Part shown: piece by piece, positions 1 through 9,634 of the stretch | Numbering within the stretch: the first letter of the stretch is position 1 | How the letters are laid out: the number at the start of each line of letters is the position of its first letter | From: a virus | Reading direction: 5' to 3' (one strand) | Length of the DNA stretch: 64,000 nt | IMG/VR virus record: IMGVR_UViG_3300028030_000010 | Span: 12,441 to 76,440 of that record | The notes under the pieces: generated by a model | Seen by the model: only the letters and a program-made list of their open reading frames with translations | Databases searched by the model: none | What the model was told of the DNA's origin: nothing | Program-made: the position numbers and the translations under genes

Positions 1-23
1 ACTCAAGCGGAATTTCTGCAGCA

Positions 24-1058
24 ATGATTATTGCTAGTAGTCAAAAACTTACTGAAGAATTTTATGAAAGCGGGGCTTTTACTACTTATTATAAAACATT
101 CTTAGATATTTCCTATGATAAAACCAACAAAAACTTATTACCTATAGGAAGATTACTTGTTTTAAACACGATATCTGGGGTAGATGCTGCTAAAGATGCG
201 ATTAACGCAATAATTGATTCCGTTGTTAGCGGGTCGCCGTCTTCTAAATGGGATTTTTTTAACAAAATCTTCTTTCCTTTTCCAGATGTGGTGGTTTCTA
301 ATGAAAGCAATTCGTTAGTAGATTTTATTTATTCGGTTGGAGCTGATACAGTAAATAATGCTTTAAGTGATGTGATGCAAACCATTGTTACTAAAACCAT
401 TTCAAGCAATGAAAATGATGGTTTAAACATTTTGGTTTCATCGGTAGCTACAGATAATTGTGTTGGTATAAAATATGGAGAAACTGGATTTAATTTAAAC
501 ACATACAAAGCACAAATCTCAGACTATGAACCGTTAATAAATTTTCTTTATCATGTAGTTAAGAAGTTGGGGAATAAAGCAAAAATAGATAGTTTTTATT
601 ACAATTATTTATCACCTTTTTTGTTTCCAGTTCCAGCATCTGGAAATATAGAAGGTTATACATTGTTGGCGCTAATGTGTGAAACTCTTGAATTTAATTC
701 GAGCGGAGTGGTTGATTCCAATATTTTAGAAGCAGTTAAGTCTTTACTAAAAAAAGCAGCCAACAAAGTCTCAACCCAAACAGATAAACTTAAAAAATTT
801 TTCTTGCTCAATGCCTATTTAGGAACTCCAAGGGATTTTTCCGGTGGAGCTACTATGAATTTATATAGCCCAATCAATGTACTTTTAAATAAAATAAATA
901 ATATCCATAAACAATGGTGCACAGAAAATAACAAATCTTTTGATGATTATAAAACAACTTTTTCAAATATAATAGCAGACTTATTTGGAACTTCTGATGT
1001 AATAGATTTTGACACTGCATATAAATATTGGTGTAATGAGTATGAGAAAATGTTTTAA
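24..1058 (+). CDS. Hypothetical protein, probably 5'-truncated by the window edge
   Basis: Frame is open back to position 3 and there is no RBS before 24; no motif recognised. Confidence 0.6.
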   Translation: MIIASSQKLTEEFYESGAFTTYYKTFLDISYDKTNKNLLPIGRLLVLNTISGVDAAKDAINAIIDSVVSGSPSSKWDFFNKIFFPFPDVVVSNESNSLVDFIYSVGADTVNNALSDVMQTIVTKTISSNENDGLNILVSSVATDNCVGIKYGETGFNLNTYKAQISDYEPLINFLYHVVKKLGNKAKIDSFYYNYLSPFLFPVPASGNIEGYTLLALMCETLEFNSSGVVDSNILEAVKSLLKKAANKVSTQTDKLKKFFLLNAYLGTPRDFSGGATMNLYSPINVLLNKINNIHKQWCTENNKSFDDYKTTFSNIIADLFGTSDVIDFDTAYKYWCNEYEKMF

Positions 1059-1351
1059 CTTTTTTCTAAATACTCTATAATTTTTATCAATTCTCCGCTT
1101 GGGGTCCAGTTTTCTTTTTCTCTTAGGATTAAATATTTGTCTTGATTTTGAATTAAAGTTGTCATAAAATTAGCATATTCATCAGCGGTAGTTTGTTCTG
1201 TTATAAAAAAATATTTAGCTTTCCATTTAATGTTTGAGGCTATGTTTTTGTTTTCATTTTGAAGTTTAGGAATGCCAGTAAAACGTGAGTATATTTTTTC
1301 TGCTGATTCATCTATCATTTTTCTTAATTCATTAAAATTTTCTGAAAACAT
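1055..1351 (-). CDS. Hypothetical protein (98 aa)
   Basis: Last gene of the tightly packed minus-strand run 2083->1055. Confidence 0.7.
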   Translation of the reverse strand: MFSENFNELRKMIDESAEKIYSRFTGIPKLQNENKNIASNIKWKAKYFFITEQTTADEYANFMTTLIQNQDKYLILREKENWTPSGELIKIIEYLEKS

Positions 1352-1354
1352 TTA

Positions 1355-1600
1355 TTACCTTTGTATGTTTTTATTTCTTATTTTTTTACATAGTTCATAA
1401 ACTAAATCTTTTTTTTCCAAAAGAGAAGAATCAACGCTTGTAAAACAATCTTCTTGTGAATCATTGCAAATCATTTTTAAAGCACAAAACAATTGTTCAT
1501 CGTTTTTAAAATTCTTTAAAAACATGATTTCTTCTATTGTCAATTCTCCATCTTCAAGGAGAAAAGCTAATTTTTTCTTAAAGAGCCTTAAATCCAACAT
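1355..1600 (-). CDS. Hypothetical protein (81 aa)
   Basis: Packed in the same run; start codon uncertain. Confidence 0.55.
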   Translation of the reverse strand: MLDLRLFKKKLAFLLEDGELTIEEIMFLKNFKNDEQLFCALKMICNDSQEDCFTSVDSSLLEKKDLVYELCKKIRNKNIQR

Positions 1601-1817
1601 CGTTAAAATATTTTGAGTTTGTAGAAAATATTTGAGAAGTTGCTTGTTTTGCTGAACCAGGTTTTATGTTGCTTAAACTTCCAGCTACAGTCAAAGCAGT
1701 CATAGCTTTTCCTATAGGAGTTTTTATAGGGTTTTGAAACCCAGTAAAAGCTGTTGATTTTAGAAAATTAACACCCTTACCAAGCCCTCTAGTTAATAAA
1801 GATAATGCACTACCCAT
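1578..1817 (-). CDS. Small basic Gly/Ala/Thr-rich protein, possible virion-internal protein
   Basis: GAGGA RBS at the end of the HU gene; amphipathic N-terminus MGSALSLLTRGLGKGVNFLK. Confidence 0.55.
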   Translation of the reverse strand: MGSALSLLTRGLGKGVNFLKSTAFTGFQNPIKTPIGKAMTALTVAGSLSNIKPGSAKQATSQIFSTNSKYFNDVGFKAL

Positions 1818-1819
1818 GT

Positions 1820-2083
1820 TTAATCCTCGTGGTAAGTTACTTTAAATTTCAATTTGTTTCTATCTGGGATTTTTTCTACTTTATTATTAAGGGACACAAG
1901 TTTGCTTTTCATTTTTACAATTTCAAACTTACCTAACTTTCTTAAATAGATTTTATCTCCTACTTCTTTTAGAGATTTTATTTCTTCAATAAAACTATCC
2001 ATTACAGATCTTACCTCTTTTTTAGTTAATCCAGTTTTCTCAGACAACATCTCAATTAAAGTTATATAATTAACTTTCTTCAT
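1820..2083 (-). CDS. hup: HU/IHF-family histone-like DNA-binding protein
   Basis: LIEMLSEKTGLTKKEV...GDKIYLRKLGKFEI...KIPDRNKLKFK matches the HU fold pattern; 87 aa. Confidence 0.85.
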   Translation of the reverse strand: MKKVNYITLIEMLSEKTGLTKKEVRSVMDSFIEEIKSLKEVGDKIYLRKLGKFEIVKMKSKLVSLNNKVEKIPDRNKLKFKVTYHED

Positions 2084-2103
2084 TTATCGCCTTTTTTATG
2101 TAT

Positions 2104-2136
2104 ATTTTAACAAAAAAAATAAACTTTTGCTATAAT
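2104..2136. promoter_or_regulatory. Divergent extended -10 promoters: TGTTAAAAT (minus, 2112-2104) and TGCTATAAT (plus, 2128-2136)
   Basis: Both motifs lie between divergent genes and each is followed by an AAGG RBS. Confidence 0.65.
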
Positions 2137-2156
2137 TAAGAAAAAAAAGGAATAAA

Positions 2157-2567
2157 ATGGATAGAAATGCTATTTTAAATCAAATCGTTGAAAGCGCTTC
2201 TAAAGAATTAAATGTGTTAGCTGCTGATGGAGAGTTACAAAAAGTTGCTTCTTCTATTCAAGAGGAAAATCATAAGCCTCAAATGCCTGATGCAATCAAT
2301 GAAGAAGAAGGTCTCTTGCACAAAGTTGCAGAAGAACCTCAATTAACTCCAACTGAAGAACAAATAGTTGCTCTTCTAAAAAAAGAAGCTCAAGAGTTGA
2401 CAAAAACTGCTAGTGTAGTAGATGATGAAGAATTAGAGTTATTGTTAGAAAAAACGGCAATGGAAGCTGGATTAGAATTAGTTGCTTTGGAAAAAACAGC
2501 AGAAGAATTTGGTAAAGCTGCAGCTCATGCTTTCTTAAGAGAATTAGGGATAGAAGCAGAGGTGTAG
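2157..2567 (+). CDS. Acidic helical protein with six LxKxA motifs; candidate scaffold or head-internal protein
   Basis: LQKVAS, LHKVAE, LKKEAQ, LTKTAS, LEKTAM, LEKTAE; strong promoter and RBS. Confidence 0.55.
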   Translation: MDRNAILNQIVESASKELNVLAADGELQKVASSIQEENHKPQMPDAINEEEGLLHKVAEEPQLTPTEEQIVALLKKEAQELTKTASVVDDEELELLLEKTAMEAGLELVALEKTAEEFGKAAAHAFLRELGIEAEV

Positions 2568-2570
2568 AAA

Positions 2571-2726
2571 ATGAAACTACAACAAGAATTAAAAAAAATA
2601 GCTTCGGAATTAAAAAACAATGAAGCGACACTTGTTTCTAAAGAAATTAGACCAATAGAACTTTTAAAAAAAGCTGCGTTTGTAAAAATTAAAACATGGG
2701 ATAGCTTTTTGCCAAAAAAAAGGTAG
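2571..2726 (+). CDS. Unlisted 51-aa ORF MKLQQELKKIASELKNNEATLVSKEIRPIELLKKAAFVKIKTWDSFLPKKR
   Basis: GAGGTG RBS, fills the gap between flanking genes exactly, and carries LKKIAS and LLKKAA motifs. Confidence 0.7.
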   Translation: MKLQQELKKIASELKNNEATLVSKEIRPIELLKKAAFVKIKTWDSFLPKKR

Positions 2727-4163
2727 TTGATGATAAAGGTTACCTCTACGTCAATATATATTGACGATGGAAGTTATTCTTTTGAAGATGTCTATAGTTC
2801 TGTCCAAGAAAGCGCTTATGCTTATAAGGCTAAAAAATCAGGAGATAAAACTTTTTTTTTTGATTTTGATTTTTATATAGGAAAAGACACTCCTGCAATT
2901 TTAATAGATAAAAACAAAAATATAGAAATTAATGGAAGCTTATTTCAAATATATGAAGGTTCTGAATTTCAATTTGGGGAATTGAACAATAGTGAACCTA
3001 TGGTTGGAGGTAGCTTTATCATAAACAACCCAGAGTTAGCTTATGGCTTTGGAAATCAAACTAAAAATTCAAACGGAGAAACTTTATCCGGAAACTTGAA
3101 GTTGTATGGTAGCTATATAGAAATTCCTTGTTTTTGGGGTTTTTTTAATTCTCCCGAAAAGCAGAAAGTAGAAATTAAAAATTGCATCATAAAAGGATTT
3201 GGAAGAATTTCAGGAAAAGATTCTTATGTTGAAAACGTAACCTACCTTAACCCTGAAACTAAGTATGGCTCTATTTCAACAAAAGGTCAAATTAAGTATA
3301 TTAAAAATGTAAATATTGTAAATGCAGATTCCGATGCTTATGCTTTATATTTTAACCCTTCTTTATCTGGTAACGCAACTTTAAATTCTATTTCTATAAA
3401 AAATTGCAATAACACCATTTATTGTGAAAAAGCCGACACGTCTACTACATTAACTTTAGTGGATTTAGCAACTGATAGTTTAAGTGTTTACTTTAAAGAT
3501 TCAAATGTTAATATTGAAATAAAACACACAGTTAAGTTTTTAACAACTAAAGAAAATGTAAATGTAAAAATATACAGAAATGGAGAAATGATAGATGAAC
3601 TTATTGTAGATAAAGCTGCATCTCTACCTTTAACAGAAAAAATTATAAACAACATCAATACATCTTTTTTAAATGAATACGAGATAGTAATAAACAATTT
3701 ACATAAAATCCCTTTAAAATTAAAAGAAAAGGTAACCATTGATATAGACATGTTTGAATTCCCTGTTGTTGAGAATGAAAATCAAGAAATATATCTTCTC
3801 CCTAAAAAGGAATATGAGTTAGAAGATGTGTTGGAATTTTTTGTGTCGTCTTTTTACCCAATAGATAGTATCGAATTATGTAAAAGTAATTTTAATAAAA
3901 TTGCTTCTCCTGTTCAAATAACTCAAATTTCAGAAAATTTATATAGGGTTGTTTTTTTTATTGGTGAACTAGGAACAGAGGGAGAAAATGGAGAAAAATG
4001 GCAAGACGGTCCTTATTTGATAAAAACAAACATCAAATCAAAACAGTACCTATGCCCAATTTATATTGCTAGACCTCAAGAGGAGGAATTTGAAGAAGTT
4101 GTAGAGGAAGTAATTCAAGAAGAAAAACCTACTATTTCCAATGGAGCTAAAATTTATTTGTAA
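2727..4163 (+). CDS. Putative virion structural protein; N-terminal beta-helix-like region, C-terminus GAKIYL
   Basis: Asn/Ile/Gly-rich beta-type composition; shares its C-terminal hexapeptide with the next gene. Confidence 0.45.
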   Translation: MMIKVTSTSIYIDDGSYSFEDVYSSVQESAYAYKAKKSGDKTFFFDFDFYIGKDTPAILIDKNKNIEINGSLFQIYEGSEFQFGELNNSEPMVGGSFIINNPELAYGFGNQTKNSNGETLSGNLKLYGSYIEIPCFWGFFNSPEKQKVEIKNCIIKGFGRISGKDSYVENVTYLNPETKYGSISTKGQIKYIKNVNIVNADSDAYALYFNPSLSGNATLNSISIKNCNNTIYCEKADTSTTLTLVDLATDSLSVYFKDSNVNIEIKHTVKFLTTKENVNVKIYRNGEMIDELIVDKAASLPLTEKIINNINTSFLNEYEIVINNLHKIPLKLKEKVTIDIDMFEFPVVENENQEIYLLPKKEYELEDVLEFFVSSFYPIDSIELCKSNFNKIASPVQITQISENLYRVVFFIGELGTEGENGEKWQDGPYLIKTNIKSKQYLCPIYIARPQEEEFEEVVEEVIQEEKPTISNGAKIYL

Positions 4164-4234
4164 AATCGATAAATTTTGAACTTTCTAAGCAATAGGTTAT
4201 AATAGAAACGCAAAAAACAAAAAAAGGATTAAAC

Positions 4235-4888
4235 ATGGCAGCATTATGGACTGTTCCTGGTATTAACCATTTTGTAATTGGTACAGACAGAGATAAAATG
4301 GGGTTAACTGACTGGGTAATTAAAATTGTTGACCTATCTACAGGAAATGTAACTGATGAGACTGCAAATGTTGAAGTAAGTGAAATCATTTACAATATTG
4401 ATTCTCCAGCAACAGGAACTGTTGCAACAGATGTAGCAGCTGGTAGTAAGGTTTTACCTTTAAAAGAAGGTGACGGTGCGAATTTCTCAGCTGGAATGAA
4501 AGTAAAAATTAACACAGTGAATGGAGAAGAGTACAAAGAAATTAGAAAAGTTACAGGCGACATTCTAACATTCTTCAAACCTCTAAAATCAGATGTTATT
4601 GCAGACACTGATAATGATGGTAAAGCTGACAACACTGTAACACAAGTAGGTAACTCAGGAGATTATAGAGTTGTAGTTGACACTGAAAAATTAAGCACAA
4701 ATATTGTAGCTGGCGGTGACTATCAAGTGCAAGTTACAAGTGCAGCTGGAGAAATTGATGTAACTTCAGAAATCTTCCATGCTACTGATTACGATTATGA
4801 TAACCTAAAAGGTGATATTGATTACCTAAAACAAGGTATTGATAATCTACTTAATGGAGGGCTTGGAGGAGCAAAAATTTACCTCTAA
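4235..4888 (+). CDS. Putative virion structural or decoration protein, C-terminus GAKIYL
   Basis: Own TATAAT (4198-4203) and AAGGA RBS; beta-rich composition (VAAGSKVLPL...FSAGMKVKI). Confidence 0.5.
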   Translation: MAALWTVPGINHFVIGTDRDKMGLTDWVIKIVDLSTGNVTDETANVEVSEIIYNIDSPATGTVATDVAAGSKVLPLKEGDGANFSAGMKVKINTVNGEEYKEIRKVTGDILTFFKPLKSDVIADTDNDGKADNTVTQVGNSGDYRVVVDTEKLSTNIVAGGDYQVQVTSAAGEIDVTSEIFHATDYDYDNLKGDIDYLKQGIDNLLNGGLGGAKIYL

Positions 4889-4905
4889 GTTCTTCTTTCT
4901 TTTTT

Positions 4906-5319
4906 TCATTCCACAAGAGCTTGTGTGGTAAAGTGTTTATTGCTCCAATCTATTTGAAATTCTTCTGGATATTTTAATCCATCAATGTGTATTGTTAATT
5001 GACCTATTAACATAGTTCCTGATTTATCTATATTGCTTACCTCTATTTTTGTAATTCCATATTTATCAGCTATTTTATTTGCATTTTTTTCTAAATAAAA
5101 GCTAAATTTAGGAGGATTTATCACTTCTCCTAAATCTTCTATCAAAGTTGTTCCATAGCCTGGCTTTAAAGGAGGAGAGAATGTTGTTAACAATTCTTGA
5201 ATAAAGTTTTTAGCTTTTACTTTAGCTCTACTTTCTTCTTTTTTTGTTTGCTGAGAGACAACAATAGGATCTGTTGATTTTGCTATTTCCAATTTAGATT
5301 GAAAAATTTCATTGATCAT
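4906..5319 (-). CDS. Baseplate wedge gp25-like protein
   Basis: FIQELLT...PGYGTTLIEDLG resembles the GPW_gp25 signature; size 137 aa fits. Confidence 0.55.
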   Translation of the reverse strand: MINEIFQSKLEIAKSTDPIVVSQQTKKEESRAKVKAKNFIQELLTTFSPPLKPGYGTTLIEDLGEVINPPKFSFYLEKNANKIADKYGITKIEVSNIDKSGTMLIGQLTIHIDGLKYPEEFQIDWSNKHFTTQALVE

Positions 5320-5328
5320 ATTTAACCT

Positions 5329-5970
5329 TTACTCATAAGAATTTATAGCTTCTGCGTATTGAGATATATGGTTGTCTATTTCTTTCTTGATAGAATAAAA
5401 TTTTGTTTGTTTAAAACCATATTTTTTAAACAGTTGCTCTTTTGATAGTTGTTTTAAATACATGTCTTTAGCTATATTTCTTTTTGTAGGGTCTGGTATG
5501 CTATCTATAATTTCTTTAGGTGTAATTGAAATATTTTTTGCTTGAAGATATTCATCTGTTTCAAATTGAGCTTTTGCAACTCCTCCATATAATTGCAATA
5601 AATTTTTAGCTTTATTTTCTGTAATATTCATTTTTTTTGCTAGCCAGGTAGGATTAGGTAATCCACCATATGTGTCTTTATAGTCATCTATAATTTTTTT
5701 AGCTTTATACATTAAAAGTTGTTGATTTTCTGGCACATAAACTGGTTGATTTTTGTAAAATTCTCTACTCAATTGTTGCAGTTGCGAACTTAAGTATGTT
5801 TTAAGATTACCGTAACCAGGATTCCAGTTTCTTAAAGCTTTTCTAATTATTGCCTCAGCTTTTGCTCTTAACACATATTCGTTTTGATTTTGTTTAAATT
5901 TATTTACAAAATATTCTAATTGTTCGTTAGCAATTTTATTTTTTTCAGGGTCTGTAGTAAACTCAATCAT
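5329..5970 (-). CDS. Sigma70-family RNA polymerase sigma factor (phage)
   Basis: Region 2-like KALRNWNPGYGNLKTYL, region 3-like YGGLPNPTWLAKKMNIT, region 4 HTH-like LSKEQLFKKYGFKQTKFYSI. Start moved from 6012 to the ATG at 5970, which has an AAGGA RBS. Confidence 0.75.
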   Translation of the reverse strand: MIEFTTDPEKNKIANEQLEYFVNKFKQNQNEYVLRAKAEAIIRKALRNWNPGYGNLKTYLSSQLQQLSREFYKNQPVYVPENQQLLMYKAKKIIDDYKDTYGGLPNPTWLAKKMNITENKAKNLLQLYGGVAKAQFETDEYLQAKNISITPKEIIDSIPDPTKRNIAKDMYLKQLSKEQLFKKYGFKQTKFYSIKKEIDNHISQYAEAINSYE

Positions 5971-6577
5971 TACAGTGTCCTTTAAATTGAGGTAAATCAT
6001 AAATATTATCAATAGGAGAAGTTATTTTTCCTAAATCTATTATTTCATATTCATACGCAGGAAGCTTTCCACAATCTGTAACTATTGGTGCTCCACCAGC
6101 AACATCAACAACATAAACAGGCGGTTCACACAATCTTCCACAATCAAACACATAACCAACAAAGCCAGTGATAGAGCCTAAATCATCTAAAGATGTATCT
6201 ATTTTTGTGTAATGTCTTAATCCAGCATATTCAGTTTTTACTTTAAAAAAATCTATTTCAATATTTTCTCCTGTAGCTGTAGAACCTAAATGTATAAACA
6301 TATAAAAATATGGTAATTCTTCATATGAAGTTAAAGGAAGCAACATTGTTTCTTCTGGCGTTAAATAAATAGAAATAATTCCTGGCTTACTTAAATCTGG
6401 CTCTATTTTTTTTATCAAATACGATTCTTCATCGGGAGTGTTTCTATCTTTTTTAAACACCACATAACAATCATCATATTTCGTTAAATCCACAGGTTCT
6501 TCTACACCATATTCATTTGTTTTGGAAACAAAAAGTTCTTTGTAGTATGAGTTTGTTATCCTTATTTTTTCAGCCAT
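5963..6577 (-). CDS. BppU-like baseplate or tail-fibre adaptor with C-terminal D-[LC]-G-x-[IL] repeats
   Basis: PVDLTKYD...VFKK...GIISIYLTPEET pattern; start moved from 6631 to 6577 (AAAAGGA RBS). Confidence 0.5.
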   Translation of the reverse strand: MAEKIRITNSYYKELFVSKTNEYGVEEPVDLTKYDDCYVVFKKDRNTPDEESYLIKKIEPDLSKPGIISIYLTPEETMLLPLTSYEELPYFYMFIHLGSTATGENIEIDFFKVKTEYAGLRHYTKIDTSLDDLGSITGFVGYVFDCGRLCEPPVYVVDVAGGAPIVTDCGKLPAYEYEIIDLGKITSPIDNIYDLPQFKGHCND

Positions 6578-6586
6578 ATTTTTTAC

Positions 6587-6620
6587 AATCCTTTTTGTTA
6601 TAATTATAGCAAAAAGGATT
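6587..6620. promoter_or_regulatory. Palindromic bidirectional promoter and RBS element
   Basis: AATCCTTTTTGTTATAATTATAGCAAAAAGGATT is a 34-bp near-perfect inverted repeat containing TGnTATAAT and AAAAGGA on both strands. Confidence 0.7.
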
Positions 6621-6623
6621 AAC

Positions 6624-7193
6624 ATGGGCACTCCGATAGCAAAACAACTATTAATTAGATGGGCAGAATCTGAAAGTACATTAGAACAATATAGACCAGC
6701 GGTTAGAGAGTTTGTTTACACAATGGATACTGGTGCTGTATTTATGGGAACTCCAGAAGGGGCTAAAAAATTAGCCTATTGGATAGATGTAGAAAAATAT
6801 ATAGATAATCAAATTAAAGAATACAAACCCAAAGTTGGTAGTGGTGCAGAACTAGCAACTCAACAATTAGCTGGACAATTAGCATATAACACGGATGTAA
6901 AAAGGTTACAATATTTAGAGCCTTTAACAAATATTAGGCAAACATATGTTACAACATCAGATTTAATGTTGAAAGACCCAGTAACAATTAAAATTACAAG
7001 TGACAACATCGATGAAAACGATAATAATAGTGTGACAATTGTGGATTTTAAAAGACCATTTAGAATGGTATTTGTAAATGGCAAACTTGTAACACAAAAC
7101 ACTTCTGGTGAAAGATATTACACATACGATAGTTCAACTTATACTTTGAAAATTTATAAAATGGAAGATGGTGATTTAATTGCTTATTTCTAA
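6624..7193 (+). CDS. Tail fibre/collar-associated structural protein (Mtd N-terminal-like)
   Basis: PAVREFVYTMDTGAVFMG and LAGQLAYNTD resemble GE-x-x-x-x-x-DT fibre anchor motifs; VFVNG...Y C-terminal module. Confidence 0.45.
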   Translation: MGTPIAKQLLIRWAESESTLEQYRPAVREFVYTMDTGAVFMGTPEGAKKLAYWIDVEKYIDNQIKEYKPKVGSGAELATQQLAGQLAYNTDVKRLQYLEPLTNIRQTYVTTSDLMLKDPVTIKITSDNIDENDNNSVTIVDFKRPFRMVFVNGKLVTQNTSGERYYTYDSSTYTLKIYKMEDGDLIAYF

Positions 7194-7240
7194 TTTGATA
7201 TAATTAAAAAGTTTAAAAAATCAACAAAAAAGGAAAAGAG

Positions 7241-8164
7241 ATGATCACAAAACAACAAGCTAAAACTTTCAATAGAATGTTAAACTCTCACAAAGTAGTT
7301 GGTGGTATGAAAGGTAAAGTTGCGTTAAAAGTGTATGACCCTCAAGGTAATTTAGTAGACATAGCAACTATGTGGGAAGGGTATGATATAGATGATATTA
7401 TGTTCAACACATCATTAGAAACCGCAAAAAAAATCATGGCTCGTGTAATGGCTGGAGACACAAATTACAAATTAGCAAAGGTTGCTTTTGGTAATTGTGG
7501 GCATAACTTTGATAATCCAAAACAAAAGGTTGACCCAACTCCATATGATGTAGAACTAAAAGCTGCTTCATTAATTAGACAATCATTAGAAGACGATTCT
7601 ATTGATGATTACACATATACTTACAACGATGTTAAACATAGGATAGTTTATTTAGAAAAAGATATTCTTCCTGAAAACATTTCATTTGGTCCAGATGGAA
7701 AAGAATTTGTGGTAGAAGTGCCTATAACATATAATGATTTTAACTTAAGAAATGGAGCTGATCAATCTGATGAAACTTTACCATTCGTTGATAGTATTGT
7801 TAGCTATGATATAATCATGTCTGATGGCACTTTAGCAAAACACAGAAATGTTAACTCTGACGGAACAATTAAAGATGACGGAAATTACACAGAAGTTTTA
7901 AAAACAACTGATAGCGATGACAACACTGTTTATAGATTTAAAAACGGGTTAAATAGTAATGGAGAAGTAGACACAGAAAATGGTGGCATCAGACCTCAAG
8001 AAATTTCAGAAATTTTATTATGTGCAAACATAACTGGTTCTGGAACAGAAGAAGACCCTTATGAAAAATTAGCTAGCTCAAGAATTACTTCTGGTCTATT
8101 GGTATTCCCTGAGGGCTTTAATTTTGTTTATCAATGGACATTAAGTTGGAACTTGGTAGATTAG
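7241..8164 (+). CDS. Putative baseplate or tail-fibre attachment protein
   Basis: KVAFGN...DVEL...EISEILL...VYQWTLSW pattern of tail-collar proteins; TGATATAAT promoter at 7196-7204. Confidence 0.45.
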   Translation: MITKQQAKTFNRMLNSHKVVGGMKGKVALKVYDPQGNLVDIATMWEGYDIDDIMFNTSLETAKKIMARVMAGDTNYKLAKVAFGNCGHNFDNPKQKVDPTPYDVELKAASLIRQSLEDDSIDDYTYTYNDVKHRIVYLEKDILPENISFGPDGKEFVVEVPITYNDFNLRNGADQSDETLPFVDSIVSYDIIMSDGTLAKHRNVNSDGTIKDDGNYTEVLKTTDSDDNTVYRFKNGLNSNGEVDTENGGIRPQEISEILLCANITGSGTEEDPYEKLASSRITSGLLVFPEGFNFVYQWTLSWNLVD

Positions 8165-8165
8165 A

Positions 8166-8606
8166 ATGGTTTATTGCAATATAGAAACTATATTGTTTCC
8201 TAGTCGTCTAACATATTCAAAGTTAGACGACCTCATTATTAATGGAGATGATGTTGAATTTCTAAAAAAAATAGAACAAACTATTGATTTGCAAAAAGTT
8301 ATTGCTGAAAGGTTAAATGTGAAAATAATCACTCCTCCTAAACCGTATTCAATGTTTAATTTAGACGAGATCATAATGGCGATCAATTTTAATTTTCTGG
8401 AAATTGAAAAAAAAATAAACGATATTGAAGCTAACAACAGAGAAGATTACATAAATTTTGATGAATTCAAAAAAATAGATCTATTTTTTAATGAGTATGG
8501 AAAAAATATTACTATCAACATAAATTCTGACTCTGTTTCCATAGAAACAAGTTCCAAGAAGTTTAAATTAAACATTGAAGATGAAACTATGGAAATAGAA
8601 TCTTAA
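8166..8606 (+). CDS. Hypothetical protein
   Basis: ORF packing only. Confidence 0.65.
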   Translation: MVYCNIETILFPSRLTYSKLDDLIINGDDVEFLKKIEQTIDLQKVIAERLNVKIITPPKPYSMFNLDEIIMAINFNFLEIEKKINDIEANNREDYINFDEFKKIDLFFNEYGKNITININSDSVSIETSSKKFKLNIEDETMEIES

Positions 8607-8614
8607 GGATAAAG

Positions 8615-9634
8615 ATGATTGACATCAATCAGTTTTGTGAAAAAATACAGACTACAAACATTACAGATGTAGAAAATGAAAATTTATTTTTTGAAACAGT
8701 TTTTCAGGAACAAAAAAGAATATTAAACGATATTTATAAAAGCAAGGTTCTTTTAAAAGAAATTAAAGAGACATGGAAAGAGAATCCTAAATTAAGCTAT
8801 AATTTTTTAGTTTACGATAAGAACATAAAACTAAAATCTAATAAATTAACTATCGTAATAGATTCTGAAATAAAAGAAGAAAATAACTTTGTTAATGAAC
8901 AGTATTTAGAAGATGTGGTTCAAAATTTTTACCAAAATATCGAAAATGTTTCGAGCTTTATTGAGCAAGAAGTAGTTTTATCTTCTAACGGCTCTCCGTT
9001 AGTTAACTTAAACTATTTTATCGATAATTATTTAACCATCAAAAAACCTGTTATAACAGATTGTGTAATTGAACAACAAACAATAGAAGAAATTGGTGAT
9101 AACAATTTAATAGGATTAATTGATTGTTACACATACATAATTCCAATTAAAACTATTATTGACCTTACTGACAAAAATATAAAAAACTTAGATAACACGA
9201 TGTCCTTAACTAAGGACTCTTTTCGTTTTTTACGTCTAAAGATTATTGATTCGCCAGTAACATCAATATATTTAACCCAATCATCATTATATCTTAATAA
9301 TGCAACCACAAAAGAATTATACATAACTAATCAGAATAATTACATTTTAGATGAAATTGTTGTTTCGGATGAGCTTGAAGAAAAATCAAACTTTTTAAAA
9401 ACCATTACACTTTTTAAAATTTTTGAGGAAACTAAAGCAAAAAAAAATTGGACTGTTCCTGAGTTAATTAAAACAGATTCAAATCAAACTGGATTATCAA
9501 ATAAGATAATAGAAGCTGTAAGAAAAAATGAGACGTTAGATACAAATGAATTAGTTAGTTATGAGGAATTAGAATTAGCTATGGAACATATTATATCTGA
9601 ATTAACAACAATTACAGAGGTGTGCAATGAATAA
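8615..9634 (+). CDS. Hypothetical protein
   Basis: AAGGA RBS; ORF packing. Confidence 0.7.
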   Translation: MIDINQFCEKIQTTNITDVENENLFFETVFQEQKRILNDIYKSKVLLKEIKETWKENPKLSYNFLVYDKNIKLKSNKLTIVIDSEIKEENNFVNEQYLEDVVQNFYQNIENVSSFIEQEVVLSSNGSPLVNLNYFIDNYLTIKKPVITDCVIEQQTIEEIGDNNLIGLIDCYTYIIPIKTIIDLTDKNIKNLDNTMSLTKDSFRFLRLKIIDSPVTSIYLTQSSLYLNNATTKELYITNQNNYILDEIVVSDELEEKSNFLKTITLFKIFEETKAKKNWTVPELIKTDSNQTGLSNKIIEAVRKNETLDTNELVSYEELELAMEHIISELTTITEVCNE

